64,000 nt of DNA from an uncultured virus (IMG/VR IMGVR_UViG_3300049172_000101) (IMGVR_UViG_3300049172_000101), one strand, 5' to 3'. Counted from the first letter of the stretch, positions 17,343-27,586 are shown. Notes: generated by a model from the letters alone, not told the origin. A program made the numbers and translations.

Positions 17343-18620
17343 TCAGGCGGCCGGCGCGACGGGGCGCGCGGCGGCTTCGAACACGGAAAGGTGTCGGGGC
17401 AAGCAGGTGGTGATGTCGGTGTCCTGGTAGGCGCCAGCCGATGCTGCGGCGATGTAGGCGTCCATCAGCCAGATGTCGCCGTCCCTACCGACCCGCTTGG
17501 CCGTGGCGACGAACGCCTCGTGTTCCTCTTGGGTCGGCCAGCGGTCTGCCGTCGCGTAGAAAGCTCCGGCCCAGACTTCCTGGATCTTGTTGAAGTCGGC
17601 GGGTCCGCCAGTGAGTGCGAGCTCGTCCTGGGACAGCCCGAAGTGCAGACGCGTGGAGTGGCGCGAGCCAGCAAAGGCAGCGGCCTTCTCAAGGCGGCCG
17701 ACGTACACGCCCGCCGCCAAAAGCTCCTTCGCCTGTTTCTTCACCTGCTCGTACTGACTGTTCTCGGGATAGTCCCCGGTCAGCGTGAGCCACATGAAGC
17801 TCCACCGCTGCAGCACACTGTCGAGGTCGAGAGCCACAATTGCGTCGTCGATCGTGGCCAGGCCGAACCACGCAGCACGCTCGGCCGCCTCGACGATCTT
17901 GTGTGCGTCGACGTCGCGCTCGCGTGCCGCCCGAGCACTCTCCAGAATGCTCTGCCTCGTCTCCTCATCGGCGTCGTCGCCGATCTCCGAGACCCACACG
18001 TCGACCGCTGCCCCCACTACGGGGTCCGTCGGGGCGGACTTCGGTGCCGCACCTCCGGCGATGACCGCGGCCTGCTCGTGAAGTTCCTTGACCATGCGCC
18101 AGGCGATGCCGCAGGCGTAGCGGAAGGTGTTGTCGACCCTGACCGTGGGGTTGGTCATGGCCTTCTCGATGATGTCGGGCCAGACCTCTTGGGGTAGGCC
18201 GGCCGCGTAGAAGGCGTCGAGGCTGCCTTTCCAATTGTCGGGCAGTTCAACGCGCACGGTTTTCCAACCGTCTTCTCGGGTCCATCCACGCCAGGACTTC
18301 TCGAAGGCCTCGCGGTACGCGACCTTCGGTGCCTGCTTGTTCTTCAGGTCGGCGGCGGCCTGCTTCATGGCGTTGGCCCAACGGAGGGCGTCGTCGCTGA
18401 CCTCGGCGACGACAGCCGCGTCGACGGTGCTGCTGCTCTTGCCGCTGTTGCACGGCTCGCAGGACGTCACCAGGTTGTCCGGCGTGTCGGTGCCGCCGAG
18501 CGCGACGGGGGTGACGTGATCGACGCGCAGCGGGACGTCCGGGGCGGACGCGCCGCAATACCGGCAGGTGTGCGAGTCCCGCCTGAGGATCTCGTATCGG
18601 AGTCTCTTGGAGACGGCCAT
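17343..18620 (-). CDS. HNH endonuclease with long helical C-terminal extension
   Basis: LRYEILRRDSHTCRYCG...VDHVTPVALGGTDTPDNLVTSCEPCNSGK; AAAGGA RBS. Confidence 0.9.
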   Translation of the reverse strand: MAVSKRLRYEILRRDSHTCRYCGASAPDVPLRVDHVTPVALGGTDTPDNLVTSCEPCNSGKSSSTVDAAVVAEVSDDALRWANAMKQAAADLKNKQAPKVAYREAFEKSWRGWTREDGWKTVRVELPDNWKGSLDAFYAAGLPQEVWPDIIEKAMTNPTVRVDNTFRYACGIAWRMVKELHEQAAVIAGGAAPKSAPTDPVVGAAVDVWVSEIGDDADEETRQSILESARAARERDVDAHKIVEAAERAAWFGLATIDDAIVALDLDSVLQRWSFMWLTLTGDYPENSQYEQVKKQAKELLAAGVYVGRLEKAAAFAGSRHSTRLHFGLSQDELALTGGPADFNKIQEVWAGAFYATADRWPTQEEHEAFVATAKRVGRDGDIWLMDAYIAAASAGAYQDTDITTCLPRHLSVFEAAARPVAPAA

Positions 18621-18700
18621 TGAGTGGTGTCCTTTGATCGTTTTGCGCTGGACGCTCTGAGGGCGCAAAGGGGTAGACGGGGGGCTCGACTTGACGCCTC

Positions 18701-18782
18701 CGTGTACGTACACGACCTTACCGGTCGTGTACGTACACGGCAACGCCTCATCTGGCGCTCGTGTACGCACACGCGCTACGCT
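18701..18782. promoter_or_regulatory. Divergent promoters with three palindromic operators
   Basis: CGTGTACGTACACG at 18701 and 18726, CGTGTACGCACACG at 18760; minus-strand TTGCCG-17 nt-TAAGGT; plus-strand TACGCT 6 nt before the ATG at 18789. Confidence 0.82.
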
Positions 18783-18788
18783 CGGGGC

Positions 18789-19001
18789 ATGGCTCAGAAG
18801 GAGACCCACACGCGCGCCCGCCCGATTCGCATCCCGCCGGAGGACTGGGCGGACTTCGGCGTGCTCGTGGGCGACCGGGAGCGCTCGCAGCTGATCCGCG
18901 AGTTCGTCGCCTGGTACCTGCGCCGACCGAAGGCCACGCTGCCGAAGCGGCCGACGGAGGAGGACATCCGCGCCCTCCTCACCAAGTCGGCCGGGTCCTG
19001 A
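18789..19001 (+). CDS. Ribbon-helix-helix (Arc/CopG-like) repressor
   Basis: RPIRIPPEDWADF...RSQLIREFVAWY beta-alpha-alpha pattern; probably leaderless. Confidence 0.72.
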   Translation: MAQKETHTRARPIRIPPEDWADFGVLVGDRERSQLIREFVAWYLRRPKATLPKRPTEEDIRALLTKSAGS

Positions 19002-19006
19002 GAGCG

Positions 19007-20302
19007 TCACGCTGCACGCTCCGGGTGCAGCCGCGGGCAACCGGGATAGTGCTTCTGGACGCCGGACAGCGTGCGGTGCGTAGCTGGACGCCCGCACCCG
19101 GTGCAGCGTGATGCTCCAGCTGGCGACGGCTTCGGACGCTCCAGCTCTCTAGGGCTGACACTTGGTGTCGTAGCAGGTCCGACGATGGTCCGGGAAAGGC
19201 TGGCGAGACCGCGTCGTTTCAGAGGGGCACTGGCCAGCCGCGCCGGGGCGAACGTCGTCTCGCCGTAGGTGCACGATTCGGTTATCTCCTCCCCCGAGAA
19301 GACGACCTCCTCCTCGGGGTCCGGCGCCTCAAGGTCGGGAGTAGCCGTGGCGTCCTCGTAGTCGGCCCATTTGGCTTTGTCTTGCGCAGGCACCCAGAGG
19401 TAGGCACCGGCGCGCCTGTCGCTGCGTGACGGGATGAACAGGGATTCGATCTCTCCCGTCGCCGCACCGACGACTGTTCGGCCGACCGTTACTCCGAGCT
19501 TGTCGCCGCTGTATCCGGTCGCTTCGCCGTCGAGGCGTCGAGGGGTGTCCCACTCGAGGTGTGTGTTCCCGCAGCCTGTCTTCACCCGGCCGTCCGGGCA
19601 CGGGCGCTCCGCTGAGGCGGTGCAGCGCCATTCGACCAACACCCGGAAGCCACCCATGAGGGGGAGATCTGCTGCTGCGGCGATCCGGTGCCACGGCAAT
19701 GGACGCATGAGCATCCAGTTGGCGCGGTCGATCAGGTGGAAGGTGTCGTTGTCGGTGATCCAGTTTGCAATGAGGCCGGCTTCGGCGTGGTTGCGAGAAC
19801 GAGTGCGCACGTTGTCGGCAGAAGCGTTGTAGAACTGCGCCTCGCAGCCCAGGTTCTCCCCTCCCTTCTCGTAGACCGTGAAGTCGGGGCGCCTAGTGCG
19901 CGTGCTGGTGACCTTCTCCACGTCGTAGGAGAGTCCTGCGTCCTCGCAGATACGGACGAGGAACTCCTTGGTCGCCTTGTGCTTGTCGGACTCCTCACGC
20001 GTCACGGCATGGGGGGTCGGAAGATGAGCAGCGCACCAGCGCAGAGAGCCGTCCGGACGGCGCTGCTTCCGCACCGTCATGTGCGGACTCTTCACGCCGC
20101 TCTGTTCTGCTTTGCACTGCTGCCCGTGTGCGCGGGCCACGCACAGCAGCAGCTCACGGTCTCGGTCGCGGACCGGCTGCGTGATCTGCTCCCAGATCTC
20201 GACTATCTGATCCTCGGTATACCTCGAACGATCAAGTCCGAGGTCCTCGCGATTGAGATTCAGGTCTTCGCCGATGCGGCTGTGGCGAACTCCGTCTGCC
20301 AT
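19007..20302 (-). CDS. CoiA-like PD-(D/E)XK nuclease-domain protein
   Basis: ESDKHKATK...E...RRPDF...CEAQ motif arrangement. Confidence 0.6.
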   Translation of the reverse strand: MADGVRHSRIGEDLNLNREDLGLDRSRYTEDQIVEIWEQITQPVRDRDRELLLCVARAHGQQCKAEQSGVKSPHMTVRKQRRPDGSLRWCAAHLPTPHAVTREESDKHKATKEFLVRICEDAGLSYDVEKVTSTRTRRPDFTVYEKGGENLGCEAQFYNASADNVRTRSRNHAEAGLIANWITDNDTFHLIDRANWMLMRPLPWHRIAAAADLPLMGGFRVLVEWRCTASAERPCPDGRVKTGCGNTHLEWDTPRRLDGEATGYSGDKLGVTVGRTVVGAATGEIESLFIPSRSDRRAGAYLWVPAQDKAKWADYEDATATPDLEAPDPEEEVVFSGEEITESCTYGETTFAPARLASAPLKRRGLASLSRTIVGPATTPSVSPRELERPKPSPAGASRCTGCGRPATHRTLSGVQKHYPGCPRLHPERAA

Positions 20303-20371
20303 GTCCCCTCCTCTCGGTTCCTCCGGGGCCCCGCGGTTGCGGGGCCTTTTGTCGTGCGGTGGTGTGTTCGG

Positions 20372-20647
20372 TCAGTGGTGGTGCTGGCTGGCGGTCGCGC
20401 GGCGGTTGTGGGTGCGTTGGTGGAGTCGTCGGCGTTCGGTTTCGGTGAGGCCGCCCCAGACGCCGTCGGTGATGCCGTGTTCGAGGGCCCAGGTCAGGCA
20501 GTGGTCGGTGACGGGGCAGCGTCGGCAGATGGCTTTGGCTGCGGCGATGACGAGTTCTGAGCTGGGGCCGGTGTCGGATTTGGGGAAGAAGATGTCGGGG
20601 AGGTCTTCGCTGCGGCAGGCGGCTTGGTGCAGCCAGTCGGCGGTCAT
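20372..20647 (-). CDS. WhiB-family Fe-S transcription factor
   Basis: WLHQAAC...DIFFP...AKAICRRCPVTDHCL...GVWGGLTETER. Confidence 0.93.
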   Translation of the reverse strand: MTADWLHQAACRSEDLPDIFFPKSDTGPSSELVIAAAKAICRRCPVTDHCLTWALEHGITDGVWGGLTETERRRLHQRTHNRRATASQHHH

Positions 20648-21483
20648 GCGGCGGCCTCCACGGCGTATTCGGGGTGGTCGCGGAAGGCGTGGTCGATGTA
20701 CGACTTGGCGACGCCGAGGCGTTCGGCGGCGGAGGCGCGGTCGAGACCGATGGTGGTCATGACCCAGTGCGCGTCCTGGGCGACGATCTCCCGGCGGGTG
20801 AGCCCGTACATGGGCTCGAAGTCGGGGTCGTCGATGGCGTCGCTGTACTGGTCCCAGTAAGAAGGTGGGGCCCATCGCTGGGCGGCTGCCCGCTTGCGGG
20901 CTTGGCGGGCGTACTGCCTGGGTACGCCGTTGCGTTCCGGCTTGAGGGTGCGGAGCTCGTCGTAGGTGGCGGCGATGAGCTGTTCGGTGGAGCCGAGGAT
21001 GGTGTCTGCGGCAAGGATTTTCCGCATGCGTTCGCGCTTGTAGCCGAGTCGCCGGTCGATGTAGATGAGCGGCCATCCGGCGGCGACGAGTGCTTGGAGC
21101 CTGCGGTGGGTGCCGGTGGGGTTGACGCACAGGGGGGTGGCGTCGGCCTCGGTGACGGCAAGGATCTTTTCGAGGGTGGCGGGCGAGGTGCGGTAGCGGA
21201 AGCCGCGCCAGCCGTCTCCGGTGAGGTCACGGATGGACTGCAAGGGGATGCCCGCGGCCTTGGCGATCCGGCTGGGCAGTACGCCGGCCTCTTGGAGTCG
21301 GAGGATGTGCTGCCGGGCGGGGGTAGCGTCGACGAGGTTGTCCCACGTGCCGTCGGCTTGGCGAGTGCGCCGGTCGCGGTCCCAGTCGAGGTAACGCTGC
21401 ACGCACTCGGGGCGCCGGCAGTCGTAGTCGGTGTAGCAGGTGAGGTTGCGGTGGTGGGGGGCTTCGCGGACGGCGGTGGTCAC
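20644..21483 (-). CDS. Conserved actinophage protein with several HTH-like segments
   Basis: H...CY...CRRPEC N-terminus; GTHRRLQALVAAGWP; C-terminal AAERLGV. Confidence 0.7.
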   Translation of the reverse strand: MTTAVREAPHHRNLTCYTDYDCRRPECVQRYLDWDRDRRTRQADGTWDNLVDATPARQHILRLQEAGVLPSRIAKAAGIPLQSIRDLTGDGWRGFRYRTSPATLEKILAVTEADATPLCVNPTGTHRRLQALVAAGWPLIYIDRRLGYKRERMRKILAADTILGSTEQLIAATYDELRTLKPERNGVPRQYARQARKRAAAQRWAPPSYWDQYSDAIDDPDFEPMYGLTRREIVAQDAHWVMTTIGLDRASAAERLGVAKSYIDHAFRDHPEYAVEAAA

Positions 21484-21765
21484 GGCTTCTCCTTCCGGGC
21501 GTGCAGGTGGTGGGTGATGGTGCGGCTGGTCCAGGTGGCGAGGACGGCGGTCCAGTAGCCGAGGGCGACGATGAGGTAGGCGGCGCCTGCGGTGAGGAGC
21601 CCGACGGAGATGACGGCGCCCCAGATGACGGCTTCGACGGTTTCGATGGCTTCGTGGATCACGGACGCCTCCTGGTGGCGAGCCAGCCGAGGCCGATACC
21701 GAGCGCGCTGCCGGCGAGGACGATGAGCGGCACCCAGGCGAGGTTCAGGTGGTTGAAGCGGTCCA

Positions 21766-22137
21766 TCAGGCGGCCCGCCTTTCGGCTGCGCGGGCGGCGC
21801 GCTGGGCGGCTATCTGGCGGCCCTTGGCGGTGAGCTGCCAGACGGCGATGCGGTGGGCGTGGGTGTTGGCCTGGGTGGACGGCACCATGCGCCCGGTGTG
21901 GGCGATGACTCCGGCGGTGCGCAGCGAGGTGATGGCGGCGCCGAGGAAGCCCTGGCCGAGCTCGGGCAGGACGTCGCGGAGGTCGTTGCAGGAGAACTCG
22001 TCGTGGTGCTGGCCGAAGTGGAAGACGGCCTGCTCGACGAGGTGCTGGTCCCAGGCGGACTGGTCGGCGATCTCCTCGAGGAGGAAGTCCTTCTCGGCGG
22101 AGGCGAGGCGTTCGGCGGGGCTGAGCTTGCGGGCCAT
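21766..22137 (-). CDS. Hypothetical protein (winged-helix-like)
   Basis: AAGGAG RBS; coding-like composition. Confidence 0.65.
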   Translation of the reverse strand: MARKLSPAERLASAEKDFLLEEIADQSAWDQHLVEQAVFHFGQHHDEFSCNDLRDVLPELGQGFLGAAITSLRTAGVIAHTGRMVPSTQANTHAHRIAVWQLTAKGRQIAAQRAARAAERRAA

Positions 22138-22218
22138 GGTCGACTCCTTGCGGCTGTGGTGTGCTTGGTCCGGGGCCTGCCGCAGGTTCGGGCCGCGGCA
22201 GGCCCCGATCGGGTCGGG

Positions 22219-22623
22219 TTAGATGGCGGTGGCGGTGTCGGCCAGCTGCTCCTGGACGGCGCCGAGGACGTCGTCGCTGGGGGTCCAGAAGCCGAGCGCT
22301 CCCTTGGGCACCGGCACCGGCTCCGGGAGCGCGATCACGTCGGCGAGGATCCAGTGGTAGGTGCGCTCGAAGCCCCACGGGCCGCAGCAGGTGCCCGCCA
22401 CGGAGAAGTGGCAGCCGGTGATCGTGACGACGGCGACGACCGCGCGGTACACGTCGAGGTGCTCGCCGTACACCTGCGCGTCCCGGTCAGGCTGCGCTCC
22501 GGCGTGGATGAGGATCCGGGCACCCTCATACTTCGCGGGGAGGCGCCAGCTCCTGTTTTCCACACGCTTCGTCTGGTGGGCAATGGCGCCGGCCCACGGC
22601 TGCCGAACCGTAAGTGCCTTCAT
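22219..22623 (-). CDS. ASCH-domain protein
   Basis: MKALTVRQPWAGAI...KRVENRSW...ILIHAG...KGALGFW. Confidence 0.88.
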   Translation of the reverse strand: MKALTVRQPWAGAIAHQTKRVENRSWRLPAKYEGARILIHAGAQPDRDAQVYGEHLDVYRAVVAVVTITGCHFSVAGTCCGPWGFERTYHWILADVIALPEPVPVPKGALGFWTPSDDVLGAVQEQLADTATAI

Positions 22624-23612
22624 CGGGTGGTCTCCTCGGACGTGCCGCGCTGCTCGAGCTCGGCGTCGGTCATCAGGTCGTGAGGGATACGGCCGGTGCG
22701 GAGAACCTCACGCAGGTCCGCGACGGCCTTGCCGTAGGTGGCGGCGCGCTCGTGCTGCCGGAGCTGCACCGGCGTCGGCTCGTCAACGAGCAGTTCGTCA
22801 CCGAAGTCCGGGCCGGACTTCGCCATCTGCTCCCAGCGCTCGGCGAGGTCGGCGAGCGCGGCGCGAATCTTCCGCTCTCCCGTCAGCGGAACCAGCGGCC
22901 ACTCGCTGTCCACAACCGCGTGCGGGTTCATCTTTCGCAGGTGCTCTTGCATGCCGACCGCCTGCATGTGCGCCCAGCGGATCTGCCACACGTGCAGCTG
23001 CTGCGGGTGGACCTGGAGCTCTGGGTACTTCTCGGCAATGGCAACCGCGACCTGGACGGCGGCGAACGCGTCGGCGTCCGCGGTGTGCGCGTCGGCCAGC
23101 GTCACCCCGTAGTGGGCGGCGAGCGCCTCGAGCTTGCGGGAGCCTTTGCGGTACTTGTCGGCCTGCTTGTCGAGGATGTACGGGTCGATGACCGGGCCGG
23201 GCGTGACCTCGCTTCCGAGTCGCTGCTGCAGCGTGGGCAGGCTGTAGCGGCGGAGCTCGCGGTCGAGGACGGTGAAGTCGTAGCGGCCGTTCATCGCGAC
23301 GACCGGGATGCCCGTGGACAGTGCCGCGGCGAGGCTGTCAGCGATCTCGTCGGCGACCTGGGCGGCGGGCCGGCCGTTGGTTCGGGCGTCCTCGGTGGTG
23401 ATGCCGTGGACGACGGTCGCTTCGGCGGGGATGAGGATGCCGGGGTTGGCGAGCCACAGCCGGGCCCGGTCCGGCAGCGTGTCGATCGTGTCGCCCGGCT
23501 TGTAGTCGACGGTGGCGGCGGTGACGATGCGGGCGGTCTCGACGTTGACGCCGGTGGTCTCGAGGTCGAAGCCGAGTAGGGGTTCGGTGTGCCAGGTAGC
23601 GGTGTTCGTCAT
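22620..23612 (-). CDS. DEDDh 3'-5' exonuclease (DnaQ-like)
   Basis: FDLETTG, MNGRYDF and AHTADAD motifs. Confidence 0.92.
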   Translation of the reverse strand: MTNTATWHTEPLLGFDLETTGVNVETARIVTAATVDYKPGDTIDTLPDRARLWLANPGILIPAEATVVHGITTEDARTNGRPAAQVADEIADSLAAALSTGIPVVAMNGRYDFTVLDRELRRYSLPTLQQRLGSEVTPGPVIDPYILDKQADKYRKGSRKLEALAAHYGVTLADAHTADADAFAAVQVAVAIAEKYPELQVHPQQLHVWQIRWAHMQAVGMQEHLRKMNPHAVVDSEWPLVPLTGERKIRAALADLAERWEQMAKSGPDFGDELLVDEPTPVQLRQHERAATYGKAVADLREVLRTGRIPHDLMTDAELEQRGTSEETTR

Positions 23613-23687
23613 GTCGGTGGTCTCCTTGGAGGCGGGGCCCCGCCCGATACCCGCGGGCGGGGAACCCCTTGAATGCGTGCGGGTGGG

Positions 23688-24656
23688 TCAGCCGACGACT
23701 TCGGCTTCGTAGGCGCCGTCCTCGTCCGGCTCCTGCCGTGAGGTAAGGCCGTGTGCCTGCTTGTGCTCGGCGTCCTTCTCAGCGGCGATCGCCGTCAACT
23801 GCTTCGACAGCTCGTCGGTACCTTTCGGGTGGACGGCGCCCGCTTGACGGGCTTCCATCCACAGGTCGCGGACGTCGTCCGAGGTGAGCGCACCCTGGGC
23901 TTCAGCGAGCCAGTCGCGGCCCTTCGGCGCCTCGATCGCGGCCACGGCCTGGGCGCTGGTTGCCGGGTCCAGTGCGGTCGCCGCCGTCATCGGTCCGGCC
24001 AGCGCCTGCCGGGGAGTCACCCCGCGCAGCTCGACCACGACGACCGGGAACTTCTTCGTTTCCCCGTTCGCGACCCGCTGCCGCGGTTCGATTCGCAGCG
24101 TCACCGGGACGAAGCCGTCGCCACGGGTTCCGGCGAGGACCATGTCGACCATGCCGCCCCACTCCTGCGCGGCGTAGAAGGAGTGGGTCTCAGCCCGCCA
24201 CATGCCCATCCCGGACAGATCCGGGAGCATGACGTTCAGGCGGGACGTGGTCGAGCAGACGCGACCCTTCGGCTGCAGGTGCCAGTCCTCACCGAACTGC
24301 CGCGCGCACAAGCACGGCTGGCGGGTGAGGAGTTCGGTCTCGCCGTCGCAGCGGCGCTGGCATCCGCCCTTGGACCACATCTCGTTGTACTGGTTCAGTG
24401 GGTCGCCGGGCGTGATGAGCGCCTCGACGGAGGACGCTTCGGTGATCACCCGCCACTGTTCGATCGTCGAGTTCAGCGGCTTCCACGTCTCGGGGGTGCC
24501 GCCCCACAGCTTCGCTGCGGTGCGGACGTGCTCCTCACTGTGGGAGGTGATCACCCAGGTGGCGGACCGCATGGGCCGGTTGCCCTGGGTGTAGCCGGTG
24601 CGGAGCCGGCCGTGTTCGGCGGCGCGGCGCTGGATGTTACGGAGTCGGGAGCCCAT
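23688..24656 (-). CDS. Putative recombination protein (partner of the adjacent exonuclease)
   Basis: Directly follows the PD-(D/E)XK exonuclease; GRLRTG, CQRRCDG and C...RLNVMLP motifs; acidic tail. Confidence 0.55.
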   Translation of the reverse strand: MGSRLRNIQRRAAEHGRLRTGYTQGNRPMRSATWVITSHSEEHVRTAAKLWGGTPETWKPLNSTIEQWRVITEASSVEALITPGDPLNQYNEMWSKGGCQRRCDGETELLTRQPCLCARQFGEDWHLQPKGRVCSTTSRLNVMLPDLSGMGMWRAETHSFYAAQEWGGMVDMVLAGTRGDGFVPVTLRIEPRQRVANGETKKFPVVVVELRGVTPRQALAGPMTAATALDPATSAQAVAAIEAPKGRDWLAEAQGALTSDDVRDLWMEARQAGAVHPKGTDELSKQLTAIAAEKDAEHKQAHGLTSRQEPDEDGAYEAEVVG

Positions 24657-24658
24657 GC

Positions 24659-25501
24659 TCAGGCTGCCTTTCGGATCGTGCGGCGTCGTGTCGTGACCGG
24701 CTGGCCGGGCGCGAGGAGTGCCGGGTAGGTGGACGGTGCGGCGTGATGCCAGACGGCGTTGGCGAGGGCCCCACGGAATGCGCGGTGGGCTTCGCGGCCA
24801 GCGGGCATCTCGACGAGGGCGTGGGACTTGGCCCGCAGGTTGAGGACACCGGTGCGTTGGATCTTCGGCATCGGTTGCTCGGTGTCGTCCGGGAGGAGGA
24901 CGGTCTCGCAGTAGCGGAGTGCGGCGAGCTGCTGTGTGTTCTCCGGGTAGACAGACTTCGCGGAGCGGGTGGCGCTGGTCTTGAAGTCGATCAGCCAGAG
25001 TTCGAAGGTTCTGTTCTTGCCGGTGGGCAGCCAGATCATGAGGTCGGCGGTGCCGGCGTAGCCGAGGCGCCGGTGCAGGCAGGTGATCTCGGTGGCTTCG
25101 ACGTGCTTGTCGATGTCGATGCCCCAGTAGGACAGCCATAGGTCGAACTGAGCGAGGTAGGGGGCGACTTCGAGGTCGCCTGGAACGGGGGCACCGAGGA
25201 GGCGCAGCTCGCACGCCTTGTGGATGCGGTCGCCGAGGTCGGCGGCCGTGGCTCGGGCGTCGCGGTGGATCTGCTTGATCTGCTTGGTGAGTTCGGTCCG
25301 GTCGGTAATGGCGCGGCGGGCGACTTCCATGCGGTTGTCGAGGATCCATTCGACGGTGAGCTTGACCGCCCACGGCATGAGGGCCCGCTTGTTGACGGAG
25401 GTGTCGAGGACGTTGGTGACGGAGACGAGGTCGGGTCCGCCGGCCGGGTCGGTGTAGTAGCGGCCGTTGTCGGTGTCGCGGGCGTGGCGAGGGCTGGTCA
25501 T
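24659..25501 (-). CDS. RecE/Cas4-like PD-(D/E)XK exonuclease
   Basis: SVTNVL, GDRIH, YAGTADL, LIDFKT and QLAAL motifs. Confidence 0.85.
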   Translation of the reverse strand: MTSPRHARDTDNGRYYTDPAGGPDLVSVTNVLDTSVNKRALMPWAVKLTVEWILDNRMEVARRAITDRTELTKQIKQIHRDARATAADLGDRIHKACELRLLGAPVPGDLEVAPYLAQFDLWLSYWGIDIDKHVEATEITCLHRRLGYAGTADLMIWLPTGKNRTFELWLIDFKTSATRSAKSVYPENTQQLAALRYCETVLLPDDTEQPMPKIQRTGVLNLRAKSHALVEMPAGREAHRAFRGALANAVWHHAAPSTYPALLAPGQPVTTRRRTIRKAA

Positions 25502-25746
25502 CAGAACGGGTTCCTTTGGTGCTGGGCGGTGGCGAGGCGGGGCCAGAGCGGGAGGCGCCAGGTGCGCATCTGGGTGAGGCAGTGGCAGTCGTCCCAGTCG
25601 CCGTAGCCGTCGGGGGTGACGTAGCCGTGGCCTCCGCGTCCGTGGCAGGCGGTGCAGTCGGGGTCGGCTTTCGGGTGGCGGGTCAGGTGGATGGCCCGCT
25701 GCTCGTACTCGATTTGCCAGTGTTTGATGGTGTGTGTGAGGTACAT
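25501..25746 (-). CDS. Small Cys-containing protein
   Basis: PDCTACHGRGG...CHC. Confidence 0.55.
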   Translation of the reverse strand: MYLTHTIKHWQIEYEQRAIHLTRHPKADPDCTACHGRGGHGYVTPDGYGDWDDCHCLTQMRTWRLPLWPRLATAQHQRNPF

Positions 25747-25874
25747 GAGGTCCGTTTCTGGGTGTGCTGAAGGAGGGCCCGCTCCGTTGGGGCGGGGGGT
25801 GCTCCGGCGGAGCGGGCCCTGGATGGCGGCGCGGAGTGAGGGGCTCAACACGCCGCCGGCTGTGGGGTTGCGGG

Positions 25875-26417
25875 TCAGGTGGCGTCGGTGAGGGCGACGA
25901 TCCGGTTGTGGGCCTCGTTGAAGTCCTCGGTGTCGAGGCCCATCCACGGCACGCGGTACGTCATGTCGTAGAGGACTTCGAAGGAGTTGAGCCCGTCGGC
26001 CTTGTACTTGGCGGCTGCGGCCTCGATGTCGGCGTCGGTGTAGGTGCCGTTGCGGGTGACGTTGCCGGGCATGTAGGAGCTGCCGGGGGATTCGCACCAG
26101 GCCCAGCTGAGCTTGACGGCCAGGTCGCTGGCGGTGTGACTGCTGATGGCCGCCTGAACGGTTTCGGTGTCCTGCGTCCAGTCGATGCCGGACTGCACGA
26201 GGATCTCGACGCCCTTGAAGGCGGCCTCGCGGCGCATCGCTTCGGCGATGGCGAGGCCACCGTGGTGGCCGATCCGCCAGCGGGCCGGACTGTTGATGCT
26301 GTGCTCGTCCGGGAGCCGGAACACGAACAGTCCGGGCGCCGCCTGGATGGCGTCGCGGATGGTGTACCGCTGCTCTCCGTGGACGATCATCTTGTACTCG
26401 GTGATCTCACCGATCAT
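25875..26417 (-). CDS. Hypothetical protein
   Basis: GGAGGG RBS; coding-like composition. Confidence 0.65.
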   Translation of the reverse strand: MIGEITEYKMIVHGEQRYTIRDAIQAAPGLFVFRLPDEHSINSPARWRIGHHGGLAIAEAMRREAAFKGVEILVQSGIDWTQDTETVQAAISSHTASDLAVKLSWAWCESPGSSYMPGNVTRNGTYTDADIEAAAAKYKADGLNSFEVLYDMTYRVPWMGLDTEDFNEAHNRIVALTDAT

Positions 26418-26485
26418 TGGGAATCCCTCCATGGGATGCTGGTGTCGGATCCCCGGGCGGTACGAGCGTCCGGGGGTTCGTTGTG

Positions 26486-26686
26486 TCAGGCGGCGTCGGT
26501 TGCCTGGGGCTGGTTGGCGGCGACCGTCTTGAGGCCCTCGATGAACTCGTCGAGCCGGTCGACGGGGATGTAGCAGCCGCTGGGCGAGGTCTGGAGCCAC
26601 AGGACGGGGCCCTGCTTCTCGTCCTCGATGAGTTCGGCGCCAGCCACGTCCTGGTCCGCGTCGATGAACTGGTAGGTCTTCTTCAT
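26486..26686 (-). CDS. Hypothetical protein
   Basis: AGGAG RBS. Confidence 0.65.
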   Translation of the reverse strand: MKKTYQFIDADQDVAGAELIEDEKQGPVLWLQTSPSGCYIPVDRLDEFIEGLKTVAANQPQATDAA

Positions 26687-26786
26687 GGGGTTCTCCTGGG
26701 TGTGGTGTCGGTCCCGCCCGGCCTCTCCGGGCGGGGTTCTTGTGCGCCGCCTCGCCGGCCAGTCGTCATCCGGCGCGGCGGCGGGT

Positions 26787-27104
26787 CTATGCGGCGGCGA
26801 GTTGGGCCGCGGTGACGATGGGCGTTTCGACGGTGTCGTCGGTGGCGACCCCCGCCAGGCGTTCGAGTTCGGCGATCCGGGAGTCGCGTTCCATCAGCTG
26901 TGCGACCTGCCGCTGGATGAGCTGTTCCGCGAGGACCAGCTCCCCGCCGGCGATCTCCACCTGCGCCTGTAGGGCACGGCAGCGGGCGGTGACGGCCATC
27001 AGGCGGCTGCGGTACCAGGCGAGGTCGTCGGTCAGGTTCGCGACCCTCTGCCGCAGCCGGATGTTGTCGGCGCCGGCCCGCCGCCTGCCCGTGCCGCGCA
27101 TCAC
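26787..27104 (-). CDS. Coiled-coil hypothetical protein
   Basis: Heptad pattern; GGGAGG RBS. Confidence 0.6.
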   Translation of the reverse strand: MMRGTGRRRAGADNIRLRQRVANLTDDLAWYRSRLMAVTARCRALQAQVEIAGGELVLAEQLIQRQVAQLMERDSRIAELERLAGVATDDTVETPIVTAAQLAAA

Positions 27105-27586
27105 GCTGCCTCCCTGCCGGTGGTGGGGTCGATCATGTTGAGGTCGAGTCCGCGGGCTGCCGCGTAGGCGATCCGCAGATCGTCGCGGCTGGTCCGCGAG
27201 TCGGCGGCTTCGACGGGGTCCTGAATGAACAGGCCGGGCGCGAAGTTGAGGCGCAGGTGGGCGAGCTGGGCGAGTGTCATCGGTCCTCCCGGCGGTCGAT
27301 CCAGGCGTAGAACTGCTCGATCGCGAAGATCACGAAGATGGGTGCGACGAGGATGAACGGGGCGAGGACGGTCACGGCCCCTCCAGGAGGTCGCAGCCGG
27401 CGGCCAGGTCGTGTCGCAGTTCGCGGGCGTCGGCGAGTTGCTGTTCGAGGTCGGCGATCCGGGCGTTGAGCCGGGCGATCGCGGCGAGGCTGTCGGTGTC
27501 GACCTGGGGCGGCGTGTCCGTAAGCCAGCGGGCGAGGCCCGGCACGGATATGACGGGCGGCAGCGCCCCCAGGTCGACTTGTGCGC

